From Desulfobacterales bacterium (GTDB lineage Bacteria; Desulfobacterota; Desulfobacteria; Desulfobacterales; UBA5616): DNA of 12,242 bases. Shown here piece after piece: positions 1 through 7,407 of the stretch. The notes beneath the pieces were generated by a model. The model ran no database searches, was not told where the DNA came from, and worked only from the letters and a program-made list of their open reading frames with translations. The translations under genes were made by a program, and so were the position numbers. How positions within the stretch are numbered: position 1 is the first letter of the stretch; every line of letters starts with the position of its first letter. Location: contig JAWODC010000005.1 of NCBI GenBank assembly GCA_046483495.1, positions 1 through 12,242 of the forward strand, read 5' to 3'.

Positions 1-2
1 CG

Positions 3-311
3 ACCATCGAGATGGGATACCACTATCCGATGATCATGCTCGGCGGGAACGCCGTGATCATGCTGCTGTTCGTGATCAACGCTGTCTTCCGCAGCTCGGG
101 CGATGCGGCCCTCTCTATGCGGGTGCTGTGGATCGCCAACCTGCTGAACATCATCCTTGATCCGGTGCTCATCTTTGGATGGGGCCCCTTCCCCGAGCTC
201 GGACTGAAAGGGGCGGCCATTGCCACCAACACCGGCCGGGGGATCGCGGTGATCTACCAGCTCTACCTCTTAATGAAAGGGAATTATCGGATCAAGGTGA
301 AGCTGGAAGAT
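3..311 (+). CDS. MATE-family efflux transporter, partial (open at window edge, homology lost after about nt 311)
   Basis: The translation has typical MATE segments: NAVFRSSGDAALSMRVLWIANLLNIILDPVLIFGWGPFPELGLKGAAIATNTGRG. The frame is open from nt 3. After ...RIKVKLED the ORF reads through the antisense of another gene to 581 and no longer looks MATE-like. Confidence 0.85.
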
Positions 312-560
312 AACGGCATCCTCCAATTGCTTATTTATCTCCTGGATTTTAAGATAGGCGGCAGCAGCTTTCTCCAATTGGTCTTCCGTCAGAAATTCAT
401 GTGGTTTATTCGCGTTTGCCCGGTTCTGCGGATCAAGCTGTTCCATTTCTTTGTCTATCTGATGTTGAGGTTTCGAGAACATCTCCGCATCGTCGGATTC
501 ACATCCGAGAAACAGCAGTGCCGACAAACAAATAAAACATATACTAAATGTAGTCTTCAT
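270..560 (-). pseudogene. DUF4168-like lipoprotein, 3'-truncated at about nt 311
   Basis: ATG at 560 with GAGG upstream. Signal peptide ends in a lipobox (MKTTFSICFICLSALLFLG-C). QLEKAAAAYLKIQEINKQL aligns with VLEKVATAYRDVMEINKEF of the upstream paralogue, but the rest of the domain is replaced by IFQLHLDPIIPFH, which is MATE antisense. May be an assembly artefact rather than a true pseudogene. Confidence 0.6.
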
Positions 561-570
561 TCCTTGACCT

Positions 571-966
571 CTATTCATTGACCATATTCAAGAAAGCCTG
601 TTTAAGTTCTTCGTCTTCGCGAACTTGAGTCATGACTCGAGTATATGTTTCCACGTCAAGACCTGCGTTTTCAATGGCGGTTTTCATTTGCTTGTTTGCG
701 GCGCTCTGGAGCCTCAGTCTTTCGTCTTTATTTTCAACGCCTTGAATAGATTGCTGAAACTCCTTATTTATTTCCATAACATCCCTATAGGCCGTGGCGA
801 CCTTTTCCAACACCCCCTCGCCGGTTTGAGGTTGTGTACCATAGCCGGGCTGCTGGTAAGTGTCTTGGCCGGGCTGCTGGTAAGTGTCTTGTGCGCTTGC
901 AGGGAGTGCAAAAAAGGCCGCCAACATGATTGCAGCTGAAATTGCCATAAACCGATTCAATGACAT
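571..966 (-). CDS. Exported DUF4168-like helical protein (131 aa)
   Basis: Start moved to ATG 966 (RBS GAAAGGAG). Sec signal ending ASA-Q, then a Q/P/G-rich linker, then a helical domain ending AIENAGLDVETYTRVMTQVREDEELKQ, the pattern I recall for DUF4168. Confidence 0.8.
   Translation of the reverse strand: MSLNRFMAISAAIMLAAFFALPASAQDTYQQPGQDTYQQPGYGTQPQTGEGVLEKVATAYRDVMEINKEFQQSIQGVENKDERLRLQSAANKQMKTAIENAGLDVETYTRVMTQVREDEELKQAFLNMVNE
844..891. repeat. Perfect 24-bp tandem duplication encoding QDTYQQPG x2
   Basis: GCCGGGCTGCTGGTAAGTGTCTTG occurs at 844-867 and 868-891 with identical sequence. Confidence 0.97.
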
Positions 967-1048
967 CTTCGTCTCCTTTCTTTTGGACGTCGGGATTTTG
1001 CCCGAGGTTGATGAAAAAATAACGATGTAAATTCCGGTTATTGGATAA

Positions 1049-1065
1049 AGCATGGTCTGTGCCAA
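1049..1065 (-). promoter_or_regulatory. Sigma-54 (-24/-12) promoter for the DUF4168-like genes
   Basis: The minus strand reads TTGGCACAGACCATGCT, with exact GG-N10-GC spacing and a close match to TGGCAC-N5-TTGC. It lies about 85 nt upstream of ATG 966, next to a sigma-54 activator gene. Confidence 0.85.
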
Positions 1066-1136
1066 CGAGAAGCTTCTTGTCCTGAAAATTATATCCAATT
1101 GTAATTATTCCTTGATTTTCGATCGGGTGTTGGACG

Positions 1137-1176
1137 ATGCCGCGGTGGCATTGTATCCGTTTGACACATGTGTTAA
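1137..1176. promoter_or_regulatory. Candidate enhancer (UAS) sites for the sigma-54 activator
   Basis: Three adjacent or overlapping dyads, each with one mismatch: ATGCCGC-G-GTGGCAT (1137-1151), TGTATC-N5-GACACA (1152-1168) and TTGACACATGTGTTAA (1161-1176). They lie about 75-110 bp upstream of the -24 element. Confidence 0.45.
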
Positions 1177-1202
1177 TATCGAGTGCCAAAAAAGGAGGTA
1201 CA

Positions 1203-2684
1203 GTGAATCTTTTCAATGTTTTTCAGGCCCCCATGAGCTTCCGGGCGGCACTCATCATCTATATAGTAGTTCCGCTTATGATCGCTTTCGCCGTTTTCGG
1301 CTATATATCTTTAAAATCCATCGAGAAACAGGTGGAGAAACAGATGCAAAAAGATTTGGAGCTCGTGGCGCGGGCTGTACAGCTACCCTTGAGCTATTCC
1401 CTTGAAAAGGAGCGGATGAAAAGCATTGAACAGACACTGGCCTCTGTTTTTGCAATCGGGAGGGTGTACAGTGCTTATGTATATGATCAAAACGGCAAAG
1501 AGATCGTACGGTTAGGGCAAGCTGAAACAAAAAAGCAAACAGACCGGCTGATTGAGTTGGCCGAGGGCGGGGAAAGGCGGGGCGAATACGGACAGGTAGC
1601 CGACCACCAGGTTTTCTCATACTTCGTGCCACTTACGGATACAGGCGGAAAAATCAACGGCTTGCTGCAGGTTACTCGAAAAAAAAGTGAATTCAGTGAT
1701 AATTTTACATTTATAAGGATCAGAGGGGCTGTAATTCTGGGAACAATTCTGGTTCTTTTGTCAGCTCTGGTGCTTTACGGCCATCACCGTGCCCTTGGTC
1801 TGCACCTTGGCAGGTTGAATTTGAGTATGTCAAGGATTACAAGGGGTGAGCGCCAACATCGGTTCAATATTCGAGGTCCAATGGAAATCGTCAAAATAGG
1901 GGACACGTTTAATCGTATGCTCAACAGCATCGATGAAGCAGACCGTTTGATCCTGACGCATCGTCAAGAGCAGGAACGACTGGAAAAAGAACTGAGACAC
2001 AGCGAGAAATTGGCTGCATTGGGGCGACTTGCTGCGGGTACTGCACATGAACTCGGCACGCCTTTGAGCGTAATAAAGGGAAGGACACAACGGGAGCTGC
2101 GTGACAGCGGATTGCCTATCCGAATAAAACAGACGTTTTTAGCTGTCCGGGACGAGGTTATCAGGATGGAACACATAATCAAGCAGTTGCTTGATTTCAG
2201 CAAGAGCAATCCGTTGCGATATTCTTTGGCGGACCCGGCCCACTCGGCCGTTGTTGCCCTTTCGGCTGTGCAGGATGAGGCGACCTTCCACAAAACGATC
2301 ATCAAATACACGGGGCCTGAGCAGGGATTTCCGATTATGTTGGATAAAACGAGAATACAGCAGGCATTGATAAATCTTTTGCGCAACGCGATTCAATGTG
2401 ATTCTTCCAGGACTGTTCATTTGTGGTGGCATCAGGATGAGTATGAAGTGGCATTCTATGTAGAAGATGACGGCCCCGGGATTCCACCGTCTCAGTATTT
2501 AAAGATTTTTGAACCTTTTTATACCACAAAATCGGTAGCCCAGGGAACCGGTCTTGGACTGTCCGTGGTGCATGCTGTGGCTGAGGAGCATGGAGGGGAA
2601 GTCCGTGTAGGAGAAAGTACCTTAGGCGGAGCCTGCTTCCGATTTTCGGTATCGGCACGGATAATACCGGAAAAAAAGACTTGA
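1203..2684 (+). CDS. Membrane sensor histidine kinase (TM-periplasmic-TM-HAMP-HisKA-HATPase)
   Basis: Likely start is GTG 1203 after AAGGAGG. Two hydrophobic segments and a HAMP-like region (GPMEIVKIGDTFNRML). H-box AHELGTPL, N-box QALINLLRNA, G1 DDGPGI, F-box FEPFYTTK, G2 GTGLGL. Confidence 0.95.
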   Translation: MNLFNVFQAPMSFRAALIIYIVVPLMIAFAVFGYISLKSIEKQVEKQMQKDLELVARAVQLPLSYSLEKERMKSIEQTLASVFAIGRVYSAYVYDQNGKEIVRLGQAETKKQTDRLIELAEGGERRGEYGQVADHQVFSYFVPLTDTGGKINGLLQVTRKKSEFSDNFTFIRIRGAVILGTILVLLSALVLYGHHRALGLHLGRLNLSMSRITRGERQHRFNIRGPMEIVKIGDTFNRMLNSIDEADRLILTHRQEQERLEKELRHSEKLAALGRLAAGTAHELGTPLSVIKGRTQRELRDSGLPIRIKQTFLAVRDEVIRMEHIIKQLLDFSKSNPLRYSLADPAHSAVVALSAVQDEATFHKTIIKYTGPEQGFPIMLDKTRIQQALINLLRNAIQCDSSRTVHLWWHQDEYEVAFYVEDDGPGIPPSQYLKIFEPFYTTKSVAQGTGLGLSVVHAVAEEHGGEVRVGESTLGGACFRFSVSARIIPEKKT

Positions 2685-2692
2685 GGAGACGA

Positions 2693-4066
2693 ATGGAAAG
2701 GCAATTCGAAACCGTATGGATTATTGAAGATGACAGGGCGCTCGGAACATTGTTGCTTGAGGAAGTGCAGGATGCCGGTCTCGACGGCCGATGGATACCG
2801 TCCGCTGAGGAGGCCCTTGACAAGATAGAGCGGCAGATGCCGGACCTGATTGTATGTGATTTGAGACTTCCAGGTATGGATGGAATGAGCTTCCTTCGTA
2901 AGGTGCTTGGTCTTTTTGCGGGCTTTAATCCCGGCTTTATCATTATTACGGCATTTGGGACAATTCCCACGGCGGTTAAAGCCCTCAAAGCCGGAGCGGA
3001 CGATTTTTTAACAAAACCTCTCGACCTGGATCATTTCATAATCAGCGTTAAACGCGTTCTTGAACAAAAACGCTTGAGAGAAACGATAAGGCAGATGCAG
3101 GGTTTTTCCGCTTCGGAAAGTTTTCACGGCATGCTTGGAAAAAGTGCAATTATGCGCCGTTTATTCGAACAGATCAAACTGGTTGCAAATGCACATGGGC
3201 CGATTTTGATCCTTGGAGAAAGTGGGTCGGGAAAAGAGTTGGTGGCAAGAGCTGTTCACGATGAGAGTCCGCGGACGAAAAATCCTTTTTTGCCCGTCAA
3301 TTGTGCGGGAATCCCGGAGCACCTGATGGAAAGTGAATTCTTCGGCCATACCGAAGGATCGTTTACCGACGCCAAGTCGGGCCGTAAAGGTTTTTTTGAG
3401 GAGGCAAAGGGCGGAACCTTGCTTCTGGACGAAATATCCGAGATGCCGGTCGCACTTCAAGCAAAACTTTTAAGAATTCTTCAGGGGGGGAAACTCAGGC
3501 GTATAGGGGAAAACCGCGAACTTGAAATAGACGTGAGGGTAATTGCAGCGACTAATCGTGATATTGCGAAAGAAGTTCATTCGGGACAGTTTAGGGAGGA
3601 TCTTTTTTTCCGTCTCGAAACGTTTACTATCCATGTGCCGCCGTTACGGGAGAGGGGCGACGATATCGAATTTTTGTCCGCCAGATTTCTGAGACAATTT
3701 GCTTTAGCAATGAACAAGCAGATAAAAGGTTTTAATGACCGGGCTCTCGAGATGCTTACCCGATATCATTTTCCCGGCAATGTGCGTGAACTGAGTAATG
3801 CCATAGAGCATGCAGTGGCATTTGCTGATGGGGAAAGGATAATGCCGGGGGATTTGCCGACCAGAATCAGAGAAAATGGTTTTCAGGCATTGAATTCATG
3901 TATCGATTATCAGGTTGATGTCAGTGCCGAAGATCTTCCTCCGTTGGCCGATATAGAACGCCGATATATTCGGCATGTCCTTGAAAAAGTCGGTGGAAAT
4001 AAACGAAAAGCTTCGGACATTCTGGGAATCGGGCGACGAACTCTTTACAGAAAGATAGGAGATTGA
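2693..4066 (+). CDS. NtrC-family sigma-54-dependent response regulator (REC-AAA+-Fis HTH)
   Basis: ATG 2693 after GAGGAG. Receiver residues EDD, CDLRLP, ITAFG and TKP. Walker A GESGSGKE, loop GSFTDA, Walker B LLLDEI, FREDLFFRL, FPGNVREL, and HTH GNKRKASDILGIGRRTLYRK. Confidence 0.97.
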   Translation: MERQFETVWIIEDDRALGTLLLEEVQDAGLDGRWIPSAEEALDKIERQMPDLIVCDLRLPGMDGMSFLRKVLGLFAGFNPGFIIITAFGTIPTAVKALKAGADDFLTKPLDLDHFIISVKRVLEQKRLRETIRQMQGFSASESFHGMLGKSAIMRRLFEQIKLVANAHGPILILGESGSGKELVARAVHDESPRTKNPFLPVNCAGIPEHLMESEFFGHTEGSFTDAKSGRKGFFEEAKGGTLLLDEISEMPVALQAKLLRILQGGKLRRIGENRELEIDVRVIAATNRDIAKEVHSGQFREDLFFRLETFTIHVPPLRERGDDIEFLSARFLRQFALAMNKQIKGFNDRALEMLTRYHFPGNVRELSNAIEHAVAFADGERIMPGDLPTRIRENGFQALNSCIDYQVDVSAEDLPPLADIERRYIRHVLEKVGGNKRKASDILGIGRRTLYRKIGD

Positions 4067-4068
4067 TT

Positions 4069-4233
4069 ATGTGTGATGATGATGACGTCATCATCCGGCG
4101 GCCACACGTCGAGTTTAAATCCTTAAAGGGTGGTTTCAAAACCTTCAGTCGGGTTATGCAACTGCACGGAGCACTATTCCTTGTCGCTGTAGTCATCGAG
4201 CTTTCCTATTGCTGGTCGATAACAGGGGCATAG
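4069..4233 (+). CDS. Putative 54-aa small membrane-anchored protein
   Basis: ATG lies 2 nt after the regulator stop, with AGGAG 7 nt upstream. Translation MCDDDDVIIRRPHVEFKSLKGGFKTFSRVMQLHGALFLVAVVIELSYCWSITGA has a hydrophobic C-terminal stretch. It is shorter than anything in the supplied ORF track. Confidence 0.45.
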   Translation: MCDDDDVIIRRPHVEFKSLKGGFKTFSRVMQLHGALFLVAVVIELSYCWSITGA

Positions 4234-4302
4234 CCCGTGAGTTAATTGGAGCATCTCATCGGCCGCGAAGGCATTCCCCTTCTTATAGCACTCCCAATCA
4301 TC

Positions 4303-5325
4303 TCAGGCGCATCGCCCATAGCGGATACCGGCTTCCCAGAAAGCCCTGATATTTTCCATGGGTGAATTTTCCGGTATCGTACAACCGGGGGAAAGAATAT
4401 ATTTCCCCGATCCCGAAGCAATTGCAAGGCACTCTTTCACCGCCGCTTCCAGTTGTTCCGGAGTCCCTTCCTGAAACAGTTCAGCGGCCAGATTTCCCCG
4501 AATGCACATACGTTGTCCGCAGAGCTCCAAGGTCTTGTTCAAGGATGTGGGCCCGTCGATATCGATGATATCTACATCCAAAGACGCAATTTCATCCAAA
4601 ATGGGATTGGTGTAGCCGCAGATGTGCAGATCGATTACGGCGTTTTTCCGCTTGAAATGATCGATGACATCCACCAGGTAAGGCTGGACATAATCCTTGT
4701 AAATACGCGGGGAAATGACGCTGCAGGAGGCGGAGGTCTCGGCCAGCATCAGGGTGACCCCGGTTTCCAGCAGGGCGTCTCCCCTGGCCTTTGACAACTC
4801 GCTTCCCTTCTTCAGAATATCGTGAACGAATTGGGGGTCATCCGCGGTGTCGTAAATCAGATTTTCAATGCCTCTCAGCCCATTGGCGGCAACCGACCAT
4901 GGAGCGGCCAACAGGGCGGATACCCATTGTTCTTTGAATCGTTCCTGTGTTTTGTAGCACATTTCCAGGTATTTCCCATAAAGCTTGCTTTGTCTGGGAT
5001 CCCGCACTTCGATTTGATTCAGGGATGATTTGTCCGCCACCGGGTAGGTCGGCATCGCGTTCGGGCCGAATCGGACCTTGGCCAACACCGCCGCATTGGC
5101 AGGAAGAAAAGGATCGCCCGGCACATTGACCATATCCGAAGGAAACAGCTCATGGGCCTTTATCTGAGCGGTCAGGGCGTTGTCCGGTTCGATAACGCAT
5201 TCTTCAATCGTAAAGCCCGCAAGCTCGTGTGCATTCGGCACATGAATGTTGATGGGAATCCTGTCAAGGCGATCGCCTCTGAGTGCGGCCTTTATTCTGT
5301 CCTTTCCGGTATATCCTGCGTTCAT
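4303..5325 (-). CDS. Uroporphyrinogen decarboxylase-superfamily protein, MtaA/CmuA-type corrinoid methyltransferase (340 aa)
   Basis: Start moved to ATG 5325 (RBS GAAAGGAG). N-terminal T-x-K-D-R-I...DRIP, PWSVA...RGIENL, SCSVISP, and Zn ligands H-x-C (LHICG) plus distal Cys (SPGC). Adjacent to a corrinoid protein gene. Confidence 0.88.
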   Translation of the reverse strand: MNAGYTGKDRIKAALRGDRLDRIPINIHVPNAHELAGFTIEECVIEPDNALTAQIKAHELFPSDMVNVPGDPFLPANAAVLAKVRFGPNAMPTYPVADKSSLNQIEVRDPRQSKLYGKYLEMCYKTQERFKEQWVSALLAAPWSVAANGLRGIENLIYDTADDPQFVHDILKKGSELSKARGDALLETGVTLMLAETSASCSVISPRIYKDYVQPYLVDVIDHFKRKNAVIDLHICGYTNPILDEIASLDVDIIDIDGPTSLNKTLELCGQRMCIRGNLAAELFQEGTPEQLEAAVKECLAIASGSGKYILSPGCTIPENSPMENIRAFWEAGIRYGRCA

Positions 5326-5361
5326 GATATCTCTCCTTTCATGCTGACAAAAGAGGATACG

Positions 5362-5493
5362 TAGAACCGGTTTCAAAATCTTCAATCAGGTCCAGGATCA
5401 AGGCGGGAGGAAGGATTCAAGCACAGGGCTACATTGCGTATCCTTCATCCCAACGCCGATATTGGGCCAGAGGAGGTTTTAAAACCAGTTCTA
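5362..5493. mobile_element. 132-bp palindromic MITE/ERIC-like element
   Basis: The terminal inverted repeats match at 18 of 22 positions (TAGAACCGGTTTCAAAATCTTC vs TAGAACTGGTTTTAAAACCTCC). Nested internal stems include GGAGGAAGGAT/ATCCTTCATCC and GGCG/CGCC. A direct repeat ATACG flanks it (5357-5361, 5494-5498). Confidence 0.75.
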
Positions 5494-5510
5494 ATACGTC
5501 GTGGGTTCAT

Positions 5511-6161
5511 CTATTGCCCCTGCAGAGTGCCTATCCCCAAGAGCTCTTTTACCTTGGCTACCGCTGCAACAGCATCCGGAGCATAGCCGTCCGCCCCGAT
5601 TTTATCTGCAAACCCTTGGGTGACGATCGCACCCCCGACCATTGTTTTGATCCGCGTCGTGACGCCGGCTTCTTTCAGCGCATCGATTGTGGTCGCCATG
5701 GATGCCATGGTCGTACTCAGCAGAGCGGACATTCCGATCAGCTGAACGTTTTCCTGCGCCGCTTCTACAAATTGTTCAGGCGATACATCGACGCCGATGT
5801 CGACAACCATGAAACCGGCCCCTTTCAGCATCATACCCACCAAATTTTTGCCGATATCGTGCACGTCGCCCTTGACCGAACCCAAAACAATTTTTCCGAT
5901 GGGTTCGATTCCTTGCCCGACCAACATCGGTTCGAGTATTTCCATGGCGCCGTTCATGCTTCTGGCGGCAAATAAGACCTCCGGCAAAAAGATGTCTTCC
6001 TGCTTGAATTTTTGTCCTACGATATCCATGCCGGAAATCAGCCCGTCGTTTAAAATACGGTCCACGCTTATGCCCTCTTCAAGCGCCGTATGGACCAGTT
6101 CTTTGACTTTTTTATCCTGGCCGTTGATCAAGCTTTCCGTAATTGACTTCAAGGTATCCAT
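5511..6161 (-). CDS. Corrinoid (B12)-binding protein, MtaC/MttC-like methyltransferase cognate corrinoid protein (216 aa)
   Basis: Start moved to ATG 6161 (RBS GGAGG). Helical cap domain (GLISGMDIVGQKF...FLPEV), then the base-off/His-on motif D-x-H-x-x-G (GDVHDIGKNLV), S-x-L (SALLSTT) and VGGA. Confidence 0.95.
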   Translation of the reverse strand: MDTLKSITESLINGQDKKVKELVHTALEEGISVDRILNDGLISGMDIVGQKFKQEDIFLPEVLFAARSMNGAMEILEPMLVGQGIEPIGKIVLGSVKGDVHDIGKNLVGMMLKGAGFMVVDIGVDVSPEQFVEAAQENVQLIGMSALLSTTMASMATTIDALKEAGVTTRIKTMVGGAIVTQGFADKIGADGYAPDAVAAVAKVKELLGIGTLQGQ

Positions 6162-6251
6162 ATTTCTGCCTCCGTTCATCCGGGATGCCGTTCGTGTTTT
6201 TTCCATATCGGAATAACTCTGGTCGGCCTGCTCATAGCATTGCACCTCCAT

Positions 6252-7307
6252 TCATCCTGAATTCCTGTAAGGAGGCCGGCCGGTCCGGCCGTATTTTAAA
6301 GCGGCCGACATGAAAGCCTGAAGGTTTTTCAAGGGCGTCTGCGGCGGGACGGCGCATCCGGAACCAAGGATATAGTTTTTGTATTTTTCCGCGGTCTTCA
6401 GACATTCGATCACGGCATCTTCTATATCTTTCTCCGTGCCGGCGGCAAACAGGGCCGGAGACACATTGCCGATCACGACGGTTTTACGCTTCGACACTTC
6501 CAGCATTTTTTCCAGAGAGGACTGCTCATCGATGCTGATGCCGTCGATTCCGACGGATTGAACCATCTCCATAATGGGATCGATATAGCCGCAGATATGA
6601 AAGGTCATCCGTGTATTTTTTTCATGAAAAAAGGTTACGATTTCCTCATGATAAGGCTTGACGAACTCGGTGTAAATTTTGGGGGAAATGACGCTGCATC
6701 CGGCGGACGGATCGCTGGTGTACAGCCCGACGGATGGTTTGCCCATGGCCTCGATAACGGCCGTTCCGACAACCTTGGTGTATTCGGTGCAAAAGCGCAT
6801 CACGCCGTGGACAAACGCCGGGTCATCCATGGTATCGAAAATGAGCTTTTCCATGCCCCTCATCTGAACCGCAACCGTCCACGGCAGACTGGCGATGCCT
6901 CTTACGGCCGCATCGGATCCCAGGGTTGAATCCAGTCTGCGGCATACGGTCAACAGAGAGGGCAGCGGCAAATTTTCATGGGGATCGGGGATTGCCAGTT
7001 TCGCCAAAGCCGATTTGTCTTCAAGAACAAATCTTTTTGTGTAAAGCATGCCCTCTTCATTTATATCGCATTCATTGCCCGCAGCCATGGCCATCGGCAG
7101 GCTGAGAATGCCGAATGTGATCATATCGGGACGAACCATTTCCCATGATGAGATGAGCACATCGCTTAGCTTTTGAGGATCGGCCATCGTTTCAATCGGC
7201 GAGTAGCCCAGATTTTCCCGTGCTACTGTAAGGCCCTGAAGGTCTGTGGGAATACGATCCGGCTCCATTCCCCGATAAACGGCAAGAACTCTTTCTTTGG
7301 AATTCAT
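6252..7307 (-). CDS. Second MtaA/CmuA-type (URO-D superfamily) corrinoid methyltransferase (351 aa)
   Basis: Start moved to ATG 7307 (MNSKERV...PDRIP, the typical family N-terminus). PWTVAVQMRGMEKL, GCSVISP, and Zn ligands FHICG and GSGC. Confidence 0.88.
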   Translation of the reverse strand: MNSKERVLAVYRGMEPDRIPTDLQGLTVARENLGYSPIETMADPQKLSDVLISSWEMVRPDMITFGILSLPMAMAAGNECDINEEGMLYTKRFVLEDKSALAKLAIPDPHENLPLPSLLTVCRRLDSTLGSDAAVRGIASLPWTVAVQMRGMEKLIFDTMDDPAFVHGVMRFCTEYTKVVGTAVIEAMGKPSVGLYTSDPSAGCSVISPKIYTEFVKPYHEEIVTFFHEKNTRMTFHICGYIDPIMEMVQSVGIDGISIDEQSSLEKMLEVSKRKTVVIGNVSPALFAAGTEKDIEDAVIECLKTAEKYKNYILGSGCAVPPQTPLKNLQAFMSAALKYGRTGRPPYRNSG

Positions 7308-7407
7308 GGGATCATTCCACCCCTTTCCTGGTTGTGAGGCGGGATCACCGGAGCAGTGGGCGATCCGCCAAAGTGTGGATTGGAACGTCACTTTATCATC
7401 CGGAAGT

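Noticed and set aside
312..581. C-terminal half of the 189-aa + strand ORF as real MATE sequence
   Set aside because: It is the antisense of a lipoprotein gene that has its own RBS, lipobox and paralogue similarity, and it has no MATE character.
967..1202. Longer starts in the ORF track (1098 on minus, 1137 on plus)
   Set aside because: They run through the promoter region. Strong RBSs support 966 and 1203. The same logic moved the starts to 2693, 5325, 6161, 7307 and 11112.
2030..2070. RegB/PrrB assignment from the AHELGTPL H-box
   Set aside because: RegB has a multi-pass membrane domain and a RegA partner. This kinase has two TMs plus HAMP and pairs with an NtrC-type regulator. No specific symbol (zraS, atoS, ntrB) is supportable.
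4303..7307. hemE (true uroporphyrinogen decarboxylase) or metH
   Set aside because: The HemE RQAGR motif is absent and MtaA-type zinc ligands are present. The B12 protein is stand-alone, without the other MetH domains.
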